A stretch of DNA of 64,000 nucleotides from Octopus vulgaris (GCA_951406725.2 OX597818.1:25606001-25670000), one strand, 5' to 3'; positions 1 to 12,983 are shown, counted from the first letter of the stretch. Made by a program: numbers and translations. Notes: generated from the letters alone by a model not told the origin.

Positions 1-3000
1 TTGTAAACAACAAAATTTTGAGAACCTAGAAACCTACATAGCTGTCTTGCACCAACTTGCAAAAAACTGAAACTTTGGAGAATTAAAGGACAGACTTATT
101 AGGGATCAAGGTGTTGTTGGTGTTAAAGACGATCTTTTGAGAGAAAAACTTTTAGCAGACAAAAAGCTAACCCATGACAAATGCTTACAGATATCAAAAT
201 AACAAACAAAAGCTATTTCCTCAACTGTCAATGCAACAGGATCCACAATTAATCTGTGTCACAGGACCAAATAATAAAAAAGAGCATCAACATATAAAAA
301 GAAGATGCCTGAGAGAAAGTTCATGCAATGTGGAATGTTCATATTTCACAATAGAAATGACTGCCCCGCCTCAGCAACAAAATGCAGATGGTGTTCAAAA
401 ATAGGACACTACGCAACTGTTTGCAAGAATTTTTCAATGGTTAGGGGAGTTGAAGAGGAAGAACATCATTTCTTAGGTTTATGTTTCTTCGGAAAATATA
501 AATGCAGTTTGTGAAGACAATAAGATAGAACAGCAAGCAAAAATAGTAATCACCACCAAAGTCTGCAGCACAATTGTCGAATTTAGACTGCACACTGGCA
601 CAGATATGACAGTAGTACGTAACTGGTTCTTCAGGAAGAATTCTCCAATAATAAAACCTACAAACAAAAGGTTATATGGACCAGGTCAACACAAAATAAA
701 AGTAATTGGACGTGTAGATGCCACATTGAGTTATGGGAAAGCAACGTCACAACAGGAACTGTACGTAGTGCAAGACTTAGTTGAACTATTATTAGGTGGA
801 TCAGCAATTAAAGGTCTCAATCTATTAAGTAAAATCAATGTGATAAAAAGTGAAGCTCTCCAATACAAAAAAGACTTCCCCAGTGTGCTTACCGGCCTAG
901 GGAAATTGAGACATGTATACAAAATTCACTTGGATGAAACAGCTCAACCTTTCTCAATTACCACCCCCAGATGACAACCACTTACCATGAAGAAGAAAGT
1001 CCAGCAAGAGTTAAAACGATTGGAAAAAGAGAAAATTATCCATCCAGTGAAGTGCCCAACAGACTAGTGTGCTCCCATTGTAGCAGTCCCAAAAAACGAT
1101 GGAAGAGTCAGACTTTGGGTCGACTACACTAAATTAAACGAAAGTGTGAAAAGGGAAAATGTTTCACTTCCTTCAACTGATCAACTTCTTGCTGAACTTG
1201 AAGGAGCTATGAAACTTCACTGTAACAGTGGTTTCCATCAAATAGTTCTGCATGAAGACTCATAGATACTTACCACTTTCATCACACAGTATGGAGAATT
1301 CTGTTATTTACGGTTATCTTTCAGAATAAGCTCTGGACCTGAAATTTTCCACAGTGAAATGTCACACATTGTGTCAGGAATACCAGGGGTCATTTATGTA
1401 CTGGTCAGTGGAAAAACACAAGAGCATGCTAGTGAGTTGAAATTTCTGGGTTATCCAAAGAAGGAATCTGAGTAGATCCTGAGAAACTAAAAGCAATAAA
1501 GGAATTGACCAGACCACAAAATGTGTCTGGGCTAAGAAGGTTGCTTGGTATGGCAAATCATGTTGGCAAATTCGCTGAGACTTTAGTAGAGACGACCAAA
1601 CTAATCCAGGGTCTACTTAAAAAAAAAACCCACTTGGATATGGGACCAGCCTTAAGAAACAGTGTTTTGGATTCTAAAGGAAAAACTGAGCTCTGCACCA
1701 GTACTGATGCATTATAGTGCTGACAAACCAACAAAAGTCTCAGCAGATGCATTGTCTTATTTATGGCTTGGGTGGAGTGCTTCTTCAGAAGGAAGGAGAT
1801 AGCTGGAGATCTGTATTCTATGCATCAAGATCTCTCACTGAGACAAAGCAGAGATATGCCCAGATTGAGAAGGAAGCATTAGCAATCACGTGGCATTGTG
1901 AGAAGTTTGCTGACTTCTTGATAGGATTACCGAAGTTCTTGATAGAAACAGATCACAAGCCTCTACTATCACTGCTAAAGAGTAAACGTCTCGATGGATT
2001 GGCTTCAGGAATCCAGCATTTCCGCATGCACCTAATGAGATCACATACACCGCAGGGAAAAACCTCATTACAGCAGACATCCTATCCAGGACTCCTGACA
2101 GCATACTAACGAAACAAGAGTTCCAGCAGGAGACAGAGACAGACATGTTCGTCTGCTCTATCATAGAGAGCATCTCCGTGAATGACAAACAACTGAAGGA
2201 AATCAGGCAGAAACAAAACACCGATAAATTCTGTGGTCAAGTTATCAACTTCTACAAGATGGACCACTGGCCTGAAGCAGCCACACAAGATCTGGAACTG
2301 AGACCCTACTCGTTTGTACGGCAGTAGCTAACAGTTTATCAGGGACTCTTATTGTATCAGAGCTGACTCATCATCCCCGCAGACTTCCAAAAAGACATCT
2401 TGGATCGTCTACACAAAGGACACCAAGGTATCCTAAAATGCTGAGCACTGGCATGGGACAATGTTTGGTGGCCAGGCCTTTCCAAGCAAATTGCTGAGAA
2501 AATAGGAGGATGTAGTATCTGTGAGAAGGAAAAGAAATATCCACCAAAACCACTACGACCTAAGTTACTTGACTATACATGGCAGAAGGTAGGAACAGAC
2601 CTGTTCAAATTGAAAGGACACAGATATCTATTAGTCACTGACTAATATTCTAGATGGATAGAGATATCTCATCTACAGACAACAATATCAGGCAGTATCA
2701 TTGACAACTGCAAGTCAATATTTGCTAGATATGGTATACCAGAGGTTGTCATTTCTGATAAGGGTCCTCAATTCATATTGTAGGAGTTCTGGGATTTTTC
2801 AAATGTTTATGGCATTTTACACCTCACCAGTAGCCCCCATTATCCGCAAGGAAACGGAGAAGCTAAATGAGTGGTTCAGACAGTTAAAAACCTAAAAAAA
2901 GCAAGTGATTCATGTATCGCACTGCTTAATTATTGCAGTACTCCACTACAACATGGCAGAGTTGTTGATGAATAGAAAACTCAGGACTTGCATTCTAACA

Positions 3001-3490
3001 ATTATTTATAAAAATGTATCCTGCCAAGAAAATGTTGAGTAACACAAAAATGCAGACTCTCAGCTAAAATTGAAACAAAAAGTAAATTTCGACAAATGTC
3101 ATTGAGCTAGAGAGTGTGCATCTTTTACTGAAGGACAGCCAGTCCAGCCAAAGTGGTGAAAACTCTATCACGAAGGTCAGTACTTGTTGAGGCAGATTCA
3201 GGACTATGTTGTCAAAACAGAAGCCATCTTTGCAATAGAAGTAGGAAAACCAAGTTTTCTCAGATACTAACCCAACAGAATTGTCCGTCTTACCAACCGT
3301 ACCCAGAGACATTTCCAAGTACAGCCGTGACAATGCAGCAGAACATCTCATCGAACAAGTTGATCAACCAGAGACTCAGTTCACTGTGCACAAGGACGTC
3401 TGATCTGTCAACTCAGGAAATCCCAAGCCATTAGTGTACACTAGGAGTGATTGGAGAATTCGACCACCAAAGAAACTGTTGTTATGAACT
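1..3490 (+). mobile_element. Decayed Ty3/Gypsy LTR retrotransposon gag-pol (5' part outside window), with many stops and frameshifts
   Basis: Motifs in Gypsy order: zinc knuckle CRWCSKIGHYATVC (~385-425), protease site LHTGTDMTVV (degenerate LDTGAD, ~590), RT, RNase H (YAQIEKEALA, IETDHKPL), integrase (LHKGHQG, GIPEVVISDKGPQF, SSPHYPQGNGEA). Confidence 0.93.
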
Positions 3491-3498
3491 CATAACCT

Positions 3499-3673
3499 GA
3501 AAGGGGAATGTGGTGTTATTTCCCTTTCATTACTCACCTACCATAATGGGAACTCTCTAGTTTAAAAAGAACACATTCGGGTCCCAAATAGTGGGAGGCC
3601 ATTACTGTGAATGCTTTGCTAATAAACAGACATATCTTATCTCATGCTGAACTGTCTTTCTATTTATTAACCA
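3499..3673 (+). repeat. Polypurine tract (3499-3508) and probable 3' LTR (3509-3673) of the Gypsy element
   Basis: GAAAGGGGAA is followed directly by TG (3509). AATAAA at 3621. CA at 3672-3673 lies just before the Helitron insertion. The 5' LTR is not in the window, so the right end is inferred. Confidence 0.65.
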
Positions 3674-3674
3674 A

Positions 3675-4635
3675 CTAGCAGCATAGCCCGGCGTTGCCCG
3701 GGTATGTAAGAGCCCCTAGTAGGCAACGACTAATCCCAATCTAGTCCTTTCCCTCTAGGGAACGAAGGCGCATGTGTAGGTTACAATGTCTTCTCTTCAC
3801 TCGAATACTTCTGTGTATACGATGTTCCTAGCTGTCCCTTTGGGCGAAAACATGAAAACATCATTGCGCCTCCCAACGCGTGAACAGCCCACGTAGAGTT
3901 GACCGTGGGCGAAGCACTGTTCGCCCAACTGTAACCCAGCGACTTGTAGCGTTTGGCCTTGGGATTTATTGATGGACATTGCGAAGCAGAGTTTAACAGG
4001 AAACTGAGAACGCCTGAAGTGGATTGGTAGGTCAGCGCCCGATGGTTGAAGGTGCATGCGTGGAATGAAGACGTCCTCTCCCTTCTCACAACCGGTAAGT
4101 ATTGTGGCTGTTATTAAATGTGGTGGCAAATGTTTCACAACCAGACGTGTGCCGTTGCACTGTTTAGGTGGAACCAAATTCCTGATGAGCATAATGGGCG
4201 CACCGACTTTTAACTTCAGGATGTGTGGCGGCAGGCCTGGCAGTTCAAGTGAATTCAGGAATTCAACAGGATAATCGGCAAGCTCGGCGGGGTCTGCTGT
4301 CCTATCAATAGATTTGTAGATGTGGACATTACCAGGAATAGCTTCAAGTAGCTGGATATTGATGGAGTTGAGAGTTAAAAAGGTCGAGTTGCGTCCCCTA
4401 GACAGTCTGTGGTTTGTGTTTCTGATTCTCGACCCCATGTCGAATTTATTGATTTTTTTTCAGAACTGGGGGAACTTTTCAAAATTTTCGCTGCGTTAGT
4501 TTTGAATTATGACATTGGGCTATGTGTGTGTCAAGTTTCATCAGAATCGGTTGAAAGCCGTGGTCAGGGTGAGGGTACAACCTAACAGACACACAGACAC
4601 GCAGACAGACAAACTGCCGTTTATATAGAGAGAGA
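3675..4635 (-). mobile_element. Non-autonomous Helitron (961 bp)
   Basis: On - it starts TC (4635), ends CTAG (3678-3675) and sits in an A^T target. Subterminal hairpin CCCGG-cgttgc-CCGGG at 3687-3702. Carries a PIF1 helicase fragment. Confidence 0.9.
3797..4438 (-). CDS. C-terminal fragment of Helitron RepHel PIF1-family helicase (open frame, 213 aa)
   Basis: Motifs LKLKVGAPIMLIRNL, CNGTRL, RSQFPVKLCFAMSINKSQGQTL and HGQLYVGCSRV. Confidence 0.88.
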   Translation of the reverse strand: MGSRIRNTNHRLSRGRNSTFLTLNSINIQLLEAIPGNVHIYKSIDRTADPAELADYPVEFLNSLELPGLPPHILKLKVGAPIMLIRNLVPPKQCNGTRLVVKHLPPHLITATILTGCEKGEDVFIPRMHLQPSGADLPIHFRRSQFPVKLCFAMSINKSQGQTLQVAGLQLGEQCFAHGQLYVGCSRVGRRNDVFMFSPKGTARNIVYTEVFE

Positions 4636-4636
4636 T

Positions 4637-5392
4637 ATTGCCAAGCTTCATTATACTACATCAAGAACACATGAGGAGATCAGCCCAGAAAAGAGCAAGA
4701 TCTTGGTTAATAGTAACAACCAGAATACAGCAACCAACATTGTGCTGAACAGAGAGAGACTTGATGAAGTGGAAACATTTAAGTACCAAGGATCCACTTT
4801 GAACAAGGATAGCAGATCTCAAAAAAGAGGTAACAACAAGACTCAGTTTGGCCTCTGCTGCCATGATGAAGCTGAACATCATATAGAAAAGCAACTCTAT
4901 TAGTTTCCCAAAACTCAAAGTGTATAAGTCCTTGGTGACTTTGATCCTCCTGTATGGGCCTGAGATTTGGACTCTAACAGCTAACATGGAACAAAGAATC
5001 CAGACATTTGAGTACAAGTACTTCAGAAGGCTGCTACACATCCCCAAAACAGAGTACAAAATGAACAGCTTTGTAAGGCAGCGAGTCAACAAATACAATG
5101 GCAGTCAGGAACCACTCTTTGTGCAGGTAAGAAGGTGAAAGCTTGCATGGTATGTTACATATCCAGTCACAACTCCCTGTCTAAAACCATCCTTCAGGGC
5201 ACAGTTGACAGTAAGGGAGAAAGAGAGGCAGAGAAAATCCTAGTCTGACAACATTAAGGAATGGTCAAGTCACAAACCATGACCCTGCTATGCATGACAG
5301 AACAAAGACCAGTGGTGACGGCCGACTGAAAAAGTGTCTAGAGTGACACACCAATGACTGCATCAGTTAAGGGAAATTGATGATGATGATGA
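4637..5392 (+). mobile_element. 3' fragment of an RTE-clade LINE with (GAT)n tail
   Basis: LDEVETFKYQGS and YKSLVTLILLYGPEIWTL...IQTFEYKYFRRLL resemble the RTE ORF2 C-terminus. (GAT)n at ~5379-5392. Confidence 0.8.
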
Positions 5393-6241
5393 AATACATG
5401 ATAATTTAAATGACTGCTAAAATTCATATTTAATATGAGCTAAAAAAAAAAAGTTCTTCATTCAGAGATCATCTTTATAGAAACAAAGGGTTATTTTACT
5501 TTTAAAATGGATTGCAAAACATCTCCAAAACATTTAAACCAATTTGTTATTGGTGATTCTACAGATTCACATGATTTCTTCCTTATTAAGACTAACTTTT
5601 GAGAATTTTTGACAAAACACATTTGTTTTTATTAAGAGGAACAACATGATGTTAACATAGTTCATTCACTATTAAACCATATGGAAACATCTAACCATCA
5701 CCTGTCAAATCTAACAAAGCAAATAATAAACATATTCAAGGTTAGCTAGTGCTGCTGTTACTATCTGATCTTGATAGTGATAAAGACTGCCAGTCTTGTT
5801 TTGCCAACATTCTGTTCACTAGCTGTAATATACTGCTGTCTGGTCACTTAACATGCTTTCTCCCACCCCTCCTTTTAAACTTAATTGCCAACTATAAAAA
5901 GGTAGGTTGGTGAATTCTCATGTTTTTAATGTCAGAAATAATAACAGTTAGGTTAAATGCAATGATTAAGAAAGAATATTAGGACTATCATTATTCTTGC
6001 TGAAGCAAGAGAAAAAACTTTGAGTTATATTTCATCAGCTGAAGCATTTTGCTTGCTTGTACTGTAGCAACTGACTTGCAAACTGTTACAAAAGGTTTGC
6101 CTCCCTGGCATGGCCAGGATAATCAAGAAAGTATTAGATAGTTAAAAAGAACTGATAGCATAGTACCATAGGCTACAGGCAGCAAGCCTGCTAAGAATGC
6201 AGGACTCCAGGAGTTACAACAAAACCAGAGATAAAAAAAAA

Positions 6242-6852
6242 TAATAATCCTTACTGTTATAGGCACAAGGCCTGAAATTACATCAACCCCGGTGCTTAAC
6301 TGGCACTTATTTTACTAACCCCAAAAGGATAACAGGCAAAGTCTACTTCAGTGGAATTACTACTACTACTACTACTACTACTAATAATAATAATAATAAT
6401 AATAGTAATTTCAAATTTTAGGAGATAGCCAGCAATTTTGGGAGGGGGGTAAGTCAATTACATTGATCTAGTGTTCAACTGGTACTTATTTTATCAACTC
6501 TGAAAGGATGAAAGGCAAAGTCAACTTTGACAGAATCTGAACTCAGAACACAAAGACAGGTAAAATGGTGCTAAGCATTTTGCCCAGCATGCTAATGATT
6601 CTATCAGTTCACAGCCTTAATGATAATAATCCTTTCTACTATAGGCACAAGAACTAAAATTTGGGGGGAGGGGGCCAGTCGATTAGATCAACTCCAGTAT
6701 GCAACTGGTACTTAATTCATCAACCCTGTAAGGATGAAAAGCAAAACTGACCTTGGTGGAATTTGAACTCAGAATGTAAAAATGAACGAAATGCTGTTAA
6801 ACATTTAGCCCAGTGTGTTAATGATTCTGCCAGCTCACAGCATTAATAATAA
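6242..6852 (-). mobile_element. Three tandem copies of a tRNA-derived SINE (family A) separated by (AAT)n/(TAC)n tails
   Basis: Reverse-complement matches to the copy at 25198-25402 (aaggcggcgagctgacagaaacgttagcacg...gagttcaaat...gactttgcctttcatc). Confidence 0.8.
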
Positions 6853-7211
6853 TACTAAAGTTCAAAGACAGACTTGGAGATTGAAAATCAACAGGATGTG
6901 GAAAATGAAAACCAAAATGAAGGAGAGAAAGTTCACCAGCCATATCCCAAATAACATCAATATCTATACAGTTCAGATGTCCAACTGGGAACAGCCCACA
7001 TACTTGGCAGTTAATATCTTGCCTTTAGTGCCTTAGACTAACAGTTTGGATCCTGGACTTAAGGATACAAAACAGGAAATACGGATAGGAACAATATTAA
7101 ACATTGTCTAATTTTTAGTATTTGACTGATTTTTCCTTGAAAGGATGAAAAGCAAAGTTAAATTCAGTGGAGGTGGTGAGTCTAGGGTATAAAGAAGCAG
7201 AATAGATACAG

Positions 7212-7397
7212 CAAGGCATGGCAGTGTAGTGAGAAGCTTGCTTCCAAATCACATGGTTCCAGGTTCAGTCCCACCATGTGGCACCTTTGGCAAGTATCTT
7301 CTACTATAGACTTGGGTTGACCAAAGTCTTATGAGTGGATTTGGTAGACAAAAAGTGAAAGAAGCCTGTTGTGTATATATATATATATATATATATT
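7212..7397 (+). mobile_element. tRNA-derived SINE (family B), 5' part; the body resumes at ~9612 after the large palindrome
   Basis: ggcatggcagtgtagtgagaagcttgcttcc...ggttcagtccc (A/B-box-like head). Homologous to the minus-strand copy at 59030-59488. Confidence 0.75.
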
Positions 7398-8512
7398 AGA
7401 AGAAATGAGGTAATCAGAAGATGGGATGGCTTATATTTACAGATATTTATTTATATATTACATTTTTTATATATGTATATCATATAACTTAGATCATTAG
7501 CGCTTTCTCCCATTCTAGTGGGGTTTTCAAATCAAAATAAGTTCCTTTGTGGGGAATTTTAATCATTTTATAGAGCTTCATAGTGGTGGGGAGGAATATA
7601 AGACAGTACAAGAGGGTGAGGTGGATGAGGAGAAAGTGAGAGAGAAAGCATGTGTGTATGTGTGTGTGTTTGTATCTGAGGTGAGTGCTAAAGAGAAAGC
7701 GGGGGGGGGGGGAGAGGGAAGAAGAAGGAAAGAATTTTTTTGGTCTGCTGGACAGAATATTGACTCCAAGGGGGTTCTAAGAATTTCAGCTTTGACCACT
7801 TAACAGTGTCACTGAGAGTGTGGTGGCAGGGAGGTAGGCCATAAATTATATTTCCTTTTATCATTGTGAGAATGGTCAAATGCTTTTTTGGGTTTAAGAA
7901 TTCTTTCCACTTGTTAAGATCATTTTGTTGAGGTGTGTGTGTGAGTGTCTGTGTGTTTGGAGAAGGGGAGAGAGACAAAAAAAGAAAAAGAAAAATAAGG
8001 GAGGAAGGGGAAAAAATTGTGTTGATATTTATACCACTATATATATATATACATGCTTATATATGAAATATTTGAAAAAAACCTTTTATAGGTTCAAAAT
8101 GAACAACTAAATTACACCATCTTGAAAATTGTATATCATAGGAAAGTTAAAATTAAGTGACAATTAAAAAGTAAAGATGAAGTAAATTATAAAAATAACA
8201 ATGTATATAACAGGCAATATATATATACACACACACACACATATATATATACATATACAGACATATACTAAATGTTCTACTATATTAGATTGTAAATCGA
8301 AAGATGTGTCCTTCAATGTCACTATATATATATATGCTTATACATGAAATATTAGAAAAAAACACCTTCTATCGATTCAAAATGAACAATCAAATTACAC
8401 CATCTTGAAAATTGCATATCATAGGAAGGTTAAAATTAGAATGACAATTGACGAGTAAAGATCAAGTAAATTACAAAAATAATATAATGTATATAACAGG
8501 TAATATATATAT

Positions 8513-8561
<49 letters not shown>

Positions 8562-9569
8562 TATTAAATGTTCTACTATATTATATTGTAAATCGAAAGA
8601 TTTGTCCTTCAATGTATGATGAGATTATTTACTTGATCTTTACTTGCCAATTGTCATTCTAATTTTAACCTTCCTATGATATGCAATTTTCAAGATGGTG
8701 AAATTTGATTGTTCATTTTGAATCGATAGAAGGTGTTTTTTTCTAATATTTCATGTATAAGCATGTATATATATATAGTGACATTGAAGGACACATCTTT
8801 CGATTTACAATCTAATATAGTAGAACATTTAGTATATGTCTGTATATGTATATATATATGTGTGTGTGTGTATATATATATATATTGCCTGTTATATACA
8901 TTATATTATTTTTATAATTTACTTCAACTTTACTTTTTAATTGTCACTTAATTTTAACTTTCCTATGATATACAATTTTCAAGATGGTGTAATTTAGTTG
9001 TTCATTTTGAACCTATAAAAGGTTTTTTTCAAATATTTCATGTATAAGCATGTATATATATATATATAGTGGTATAAATATCAACACAATTTTTTCCCCT
9101 TCCTCCCTTATTTTTCTTTTTCTTTTTTTGTCTCTCTCCCCTTCTCCAAACACACAGACACACACACACCTCCACAAAACGATCAGTGGAAAGAATTCTT
9201 AAACCCAAAAAAGCATTTGACCATTCTCACAATGATAAAAGGAAATATAATTTATGGCCTACTTCCCTGCCACCACACACTCAGTGACACTGTGAAGTGG
9301 TCAAAGCTGAAATTCTTAGAACCCCCTTGGAGTCAATATTCTGTCCAGCAGACCAAAAAAATTCTTTCCTTCTTCCCTCTTCCTCCCCCTCTTTCTCTTT
9401 AGCACTCATCTCAGATACAAACACACACACATGCTATTAAAATTCCCCACATGATATACATATATAAAAAATGTAATATATAAATAAATATCTGTAAATA
9501 TAAACCATCGGATCTTCTGATTACCTCATTTCTTCTAATATATAATACCTGTACATCATCTCCAAACCT

Positions 9570-9573
<4 letters not shown>
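7398..9573. repeat. ~2.2-kb inverted repeat (arms ~7398-8470 and ~8628-9541) with an internal ~290-bp tandem duplication and a ~32-bp unpaired 3' tail
   Basis: agaagaaatgaggtaatcagaag (7398) mirrors cttctgattacctcatttcttct (~9515-9537). ORF translations 7688..7978(-) and 9217..9402(+) are near-identical. Units ~8045-8330 and ~8331-8613 are direct repeats. Confidence 0.92.
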
Positions 9574-9623
<50 letters not shown>

Positions 9624-10564
9624 TCTCACACCACCACCTGACAACTGGTGTTGGTGTGTTTGCATGCCATGCAGTGGGACTGAACCTAGAATGATGTGGT
9701 TGGGAAGCAGGCTTCTTACCACACAGACATGCCTAAGTATAAATATCAGCTAGGAAAAAAAAAATAAAAAACAACATCAAGATATTTTTTCTGTATCAAG
9801 ACACAGCCTCTCAGTGCCAGTGAAAAATGCCAAGGACCAATGACTGCTTGAAAACCTGTTAACCAATGACACTATTGTCCTCCAGCAGTGATATAAAATT
9901 TTGTAAATAAAATCAAAAGCATCATGCAAAAATAAGTCAAGCAAATGAGGGAGTGTATATCCAGTCAATTAAGCTGTTTAAATTAACAGCCAAATTTCTC
10001 TCAGACTATATCCTTTTGTCATGAGAAAGGAAAGAAGAAATGAATAACCTAGCCTTAATATATCACACCTAGAAAAACAAGTAGCAGCCATGACTAGAAT
10101 GTTTTCAATTGTTGGTTAGAGTAGACATGAGGTTCAATATAAATAAGCAGGGTTAAGGCAACTAAAAAAAAGTTGAGAAGTTATTGAAAGTTACAAAAAC
10201 CTGCATTATATACACTGTAGTGCAATATGATAGATAGATGCATGCATGCATGCATGCATACATACACACACACATACCTACATACACAGTATGCACAAGT
10301 TCAGGTTCATACATGTAATTATTGGGTCACTGAGACATCTAACACACTGCCTAAATACCAATCTTGAGAAATAGGCTTCTCAAAACCAGAAAGGAGAAAG
10401 GTGATTCAAAGACTACAGATTCAATCCATCACTGGAACTAAAAATCTGTAAAACTTTCCATGAGTTTATCATTTAAGTATATATGAGCATGTCTAGATAT
10501 GCAACTATAAACATGGGAAAACATACATAAAACAAAACATACAAATCTCCACACACACACACAC

Positions 10565-10624
<60 letters not shown>

Positions 10625-10734
10625 CCCAACTGATGTTGAAATTCCAATGAAGGAGTCTTAGAAACTGACTCTTTCTCTATTCACAAGAAATCTTGAAATA
10701 AATAAAATAACAATAGATATACATACATACATGT

Positions 10735-11030
10735 GATGTACTCTCCCATGTAAGACGACATATGAGTGTTCAGCTTTTGCTGAACGACCTTCAGATATGA
10801 TTTGTTTCTAGTGATCAAATGTATGGACCATATATTTTAGCTCACTGCCTCCATCAAATTGATGATGCCTGAGCAGGTACACTGTGTACCATGTGCCAGC
10901 TGTTGAAGTGATTGTAGAGAAATGTGAGATGAAGTGTTTTGCTCAAGAACAAAACGCACCACTCTGTCTAGGAATTGAAACCACGCAATCATGAGTCTAA
11001 CACCTTAACCAGCAGGCCATGCACTTTCTT
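10735..11030 (-). mobile_element. Decayed tRNA-derived SINE (family C)
   Basis: Reverse-complement head ggttaaggtgttagactcatgattgcgtggtttcaattcc resembles the + copy at ~60330 (ttagtggttatagtgttagactcatgatc...gggttcaatt). Confidence 0.55.
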
Positions 11031-11241
11031 CACGACTATATATATATATATATATAGTTGTTAAAAAATACAGAGTAGAGAAAACTGAAAACGCAAATTG
11101 CAGGCAAACAGATTCCCGAATGCATAAATGAAAACATTCAAAGTAGTTGAATCATATATATTTATAACATCAACATAAATCATGCATATAGTTGTCTAAG
11201 AATTCATAAGTCAGAAAAGAGGTGCATCAGTATTATAGATC

Positions 11242-11451
11242 CATTACAGCCAACCTTACCAATCAGTTTCACACTAGGTACTAAAACTGGATGTTACAAA
11301 ACAGCACAGTTAAGTAATACTGTGAAAGACCACCATATTCGTTTTTCCATACCTGCTATCTCTGAAGAGCATGTGGTATTACTTAACTGTGTTACCTAAC
11401 ATCCAGTTTTAGTACCTAGTGCAAAACCTATTGATAAGGTCTGCTGAAATG
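11242..11451. repeat. ~210-bp fold-back inverted repeat
   Basis: cactaggtactaaaactggatgtta...cacagttaagtaatac (11272-11320) mirrors gtattacttaactgtg...taacatccagttttagtacctagtg (11376-11421). Imperfect pairing continues outward. Confidence 0.85.
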
Positions 11452-11454
11452 ACT

Positions 11455-12210
11455 CCATCACCAATCAGTGTCATTTTCCATGCTAGCATGGGTGAACCTG
11501 GTGCTGGTAAGCTGGAGAACTGCACTGGACTCCAGTCTATTTTGGCTTGGTCTCTATGGCTGGATGCTGTTCCTAATGCCAACCATTCTACAGAGTGTAC
11601 TAGGTGCTTTTTACATGTCACTGGCACAGGCCACAACCACGATTTCACTTAGCTTGATATGTCTTCTCAAGTACAGCAAATCGCCAAAGGTCTCAGTCAC
11701 TTGTCATCACCTCTCATCCAAAGATGATACTTCACCACCTCATCCCATGTTTTCCCAAGTCTACCTCATCCACAGGTTCCCTCCACAGTTCTTTATGCAG
11801 CTGTCCTTGTCCATACGCATCACCTCCTGCATCTTATACCCGATTTTTCTCTCAAGATGTAATTTTTCTCTGTCGTATGTGCACATTGACATTGTACATC
11901 TAGTTAAGCTTACTAGCTTCATTTCTTTCAAGACTTCACATGTCCTCTGCAATTACAGCCCATGTTTCATTGCAATGCAATATGGCTGTTCACACACATG
12001 CATCATACAATCTGCCTTTCACTCTGAGGGAGAGACCCTTTGTTACCAACAAAAGCAGACGCTCTCTGGACTTTGCCCAGCCTATTCTTAATCTAGCAGC
12101 TATGCTCTTAGAGTATCCATCCATCTCCACTGCTGCTAGGTCACCTAGGTAATGGAAGCAACCTACTACTTCTAAGTATCTCCCTGAAGGGGTTTGTGAT
12201 TTATCCATTT
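11455..12210 (-). mobile_element. RTE LINE 3' fragment
   Basis: LEVVGCFHYLGD...RIGWAKSRERLLLLVTKGLSLRVKGRLYDACV. The 3' UTR is shared with the other RTE copies. Confidence 0.88.
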
Positions 12211-12781
12211 TCCTATTTTAATGAGTGTGCGCATGGCATGTGTGTGTGTATGCATATGCATATATATATATATAGTGTTTGAGTTTATCTAGGACCTAGA
12301 TTGCAAAGTACCAGATTTGTCGCTTACAGGAATGAATTTGCTTTCCGCCCCTTATATATATAAAAAATTACAGGAAATCAAGATTTCTGATTTGGCAGGT
12401 TAAAACAAAAAATTGCCAAAATCTCTTTATAAATGGTAGATTCTTCAATATTTTCGCTGTTTCTGACCAGCATGAAACTATGTAGTGAGCTTATGAGTCT
12501 ATGAACGTATTACAATTAATTCAATATTGCAATTTGTGAACAACAACCTATTGTACATTATTTACATTTGACGGATATTTGTCCTCATCTTGTTTGTTGT
12601 TAACACGTTTCTGTTGATATACCCTCCAGCCTTCATCAGGTGTCTTGGGGAAATTTCGAACCTGGGTTCTCTTTCCTAAGGTATTTTTCATTATATTATT
12701 ATTATTATTATTCAGGTCACTGCCTAGAATCGAACTCGGAATCTTGGGGTTAGTAGCCCGCGCTCTTAACCACTACGCCAC

Positions 12782-12852
12782 GGGCATATGGCGTAGTGGT
12801 TAAGAGCGCGGGCTACTAACCCCAAGATTCCGAGTTCGATTCCAGGCAGTGA

Positions 12853-12854
<2 letters not shown>
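12782..12854 (+). promoter_or_regulatory. tRNA-like Pol III type-2 promoter (pseudo-tRNA, anticodon ACT); mirror copy on - at ~12715-12780
   Basis: A box TGGCGTAGTGG (12789-12799), anticodon arm GGG-CTACTAA-CCC, B box GTTCGATTC (12834-12842). T and acceptor stems are imperfect. Confidence 0.75.
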
Positions 12855-12890
<36 letters not shown>

Positions 12891-12937
12891 TCGAAAAATA
12901 CCTTAGGAATGAGAACCCAGGTTCGAAATTTCCCCAA

Positions 12938-12983
12938 GACATCTGATGAAGGCCGGAGGGTATATTAGCCGAAGCGTTGTGTT
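12938..12983 (+). ncRNA. Minimal type I hammerhead ribozyme (degenerate copy); mirror copy on - at ~12601-12644
   Basis: Two-arm consensus: ACAC-CTGATGA-a-GGCTG-gagggtatat-CAGCC-GAAAC-GTT-GTGT. The + copy has GAAG; the - copy keeps GAAA but has stem II mismatches. Confidence 0.7.

Noticed and set aside
8045-8613. CRISPR-like array or hammerhead in the ~290-bp tandem units
   Set aside because: Only two long units in eukaryotic DNA, with no spacers and no CUGANGA/GAAA core with stems.
11468-12091. 207-aa + strand ORF
   Set aside because: Antisense to an RTE fragment; the same applies to similar ORFs over other RTE and mariner copies.
12782-12854. Functional tRNA-Ser(ACT) gene
   Set aside because: T and acceptor stems are imperfect, there is no long variable arm or T-run terminator, and it is part of a repeat.
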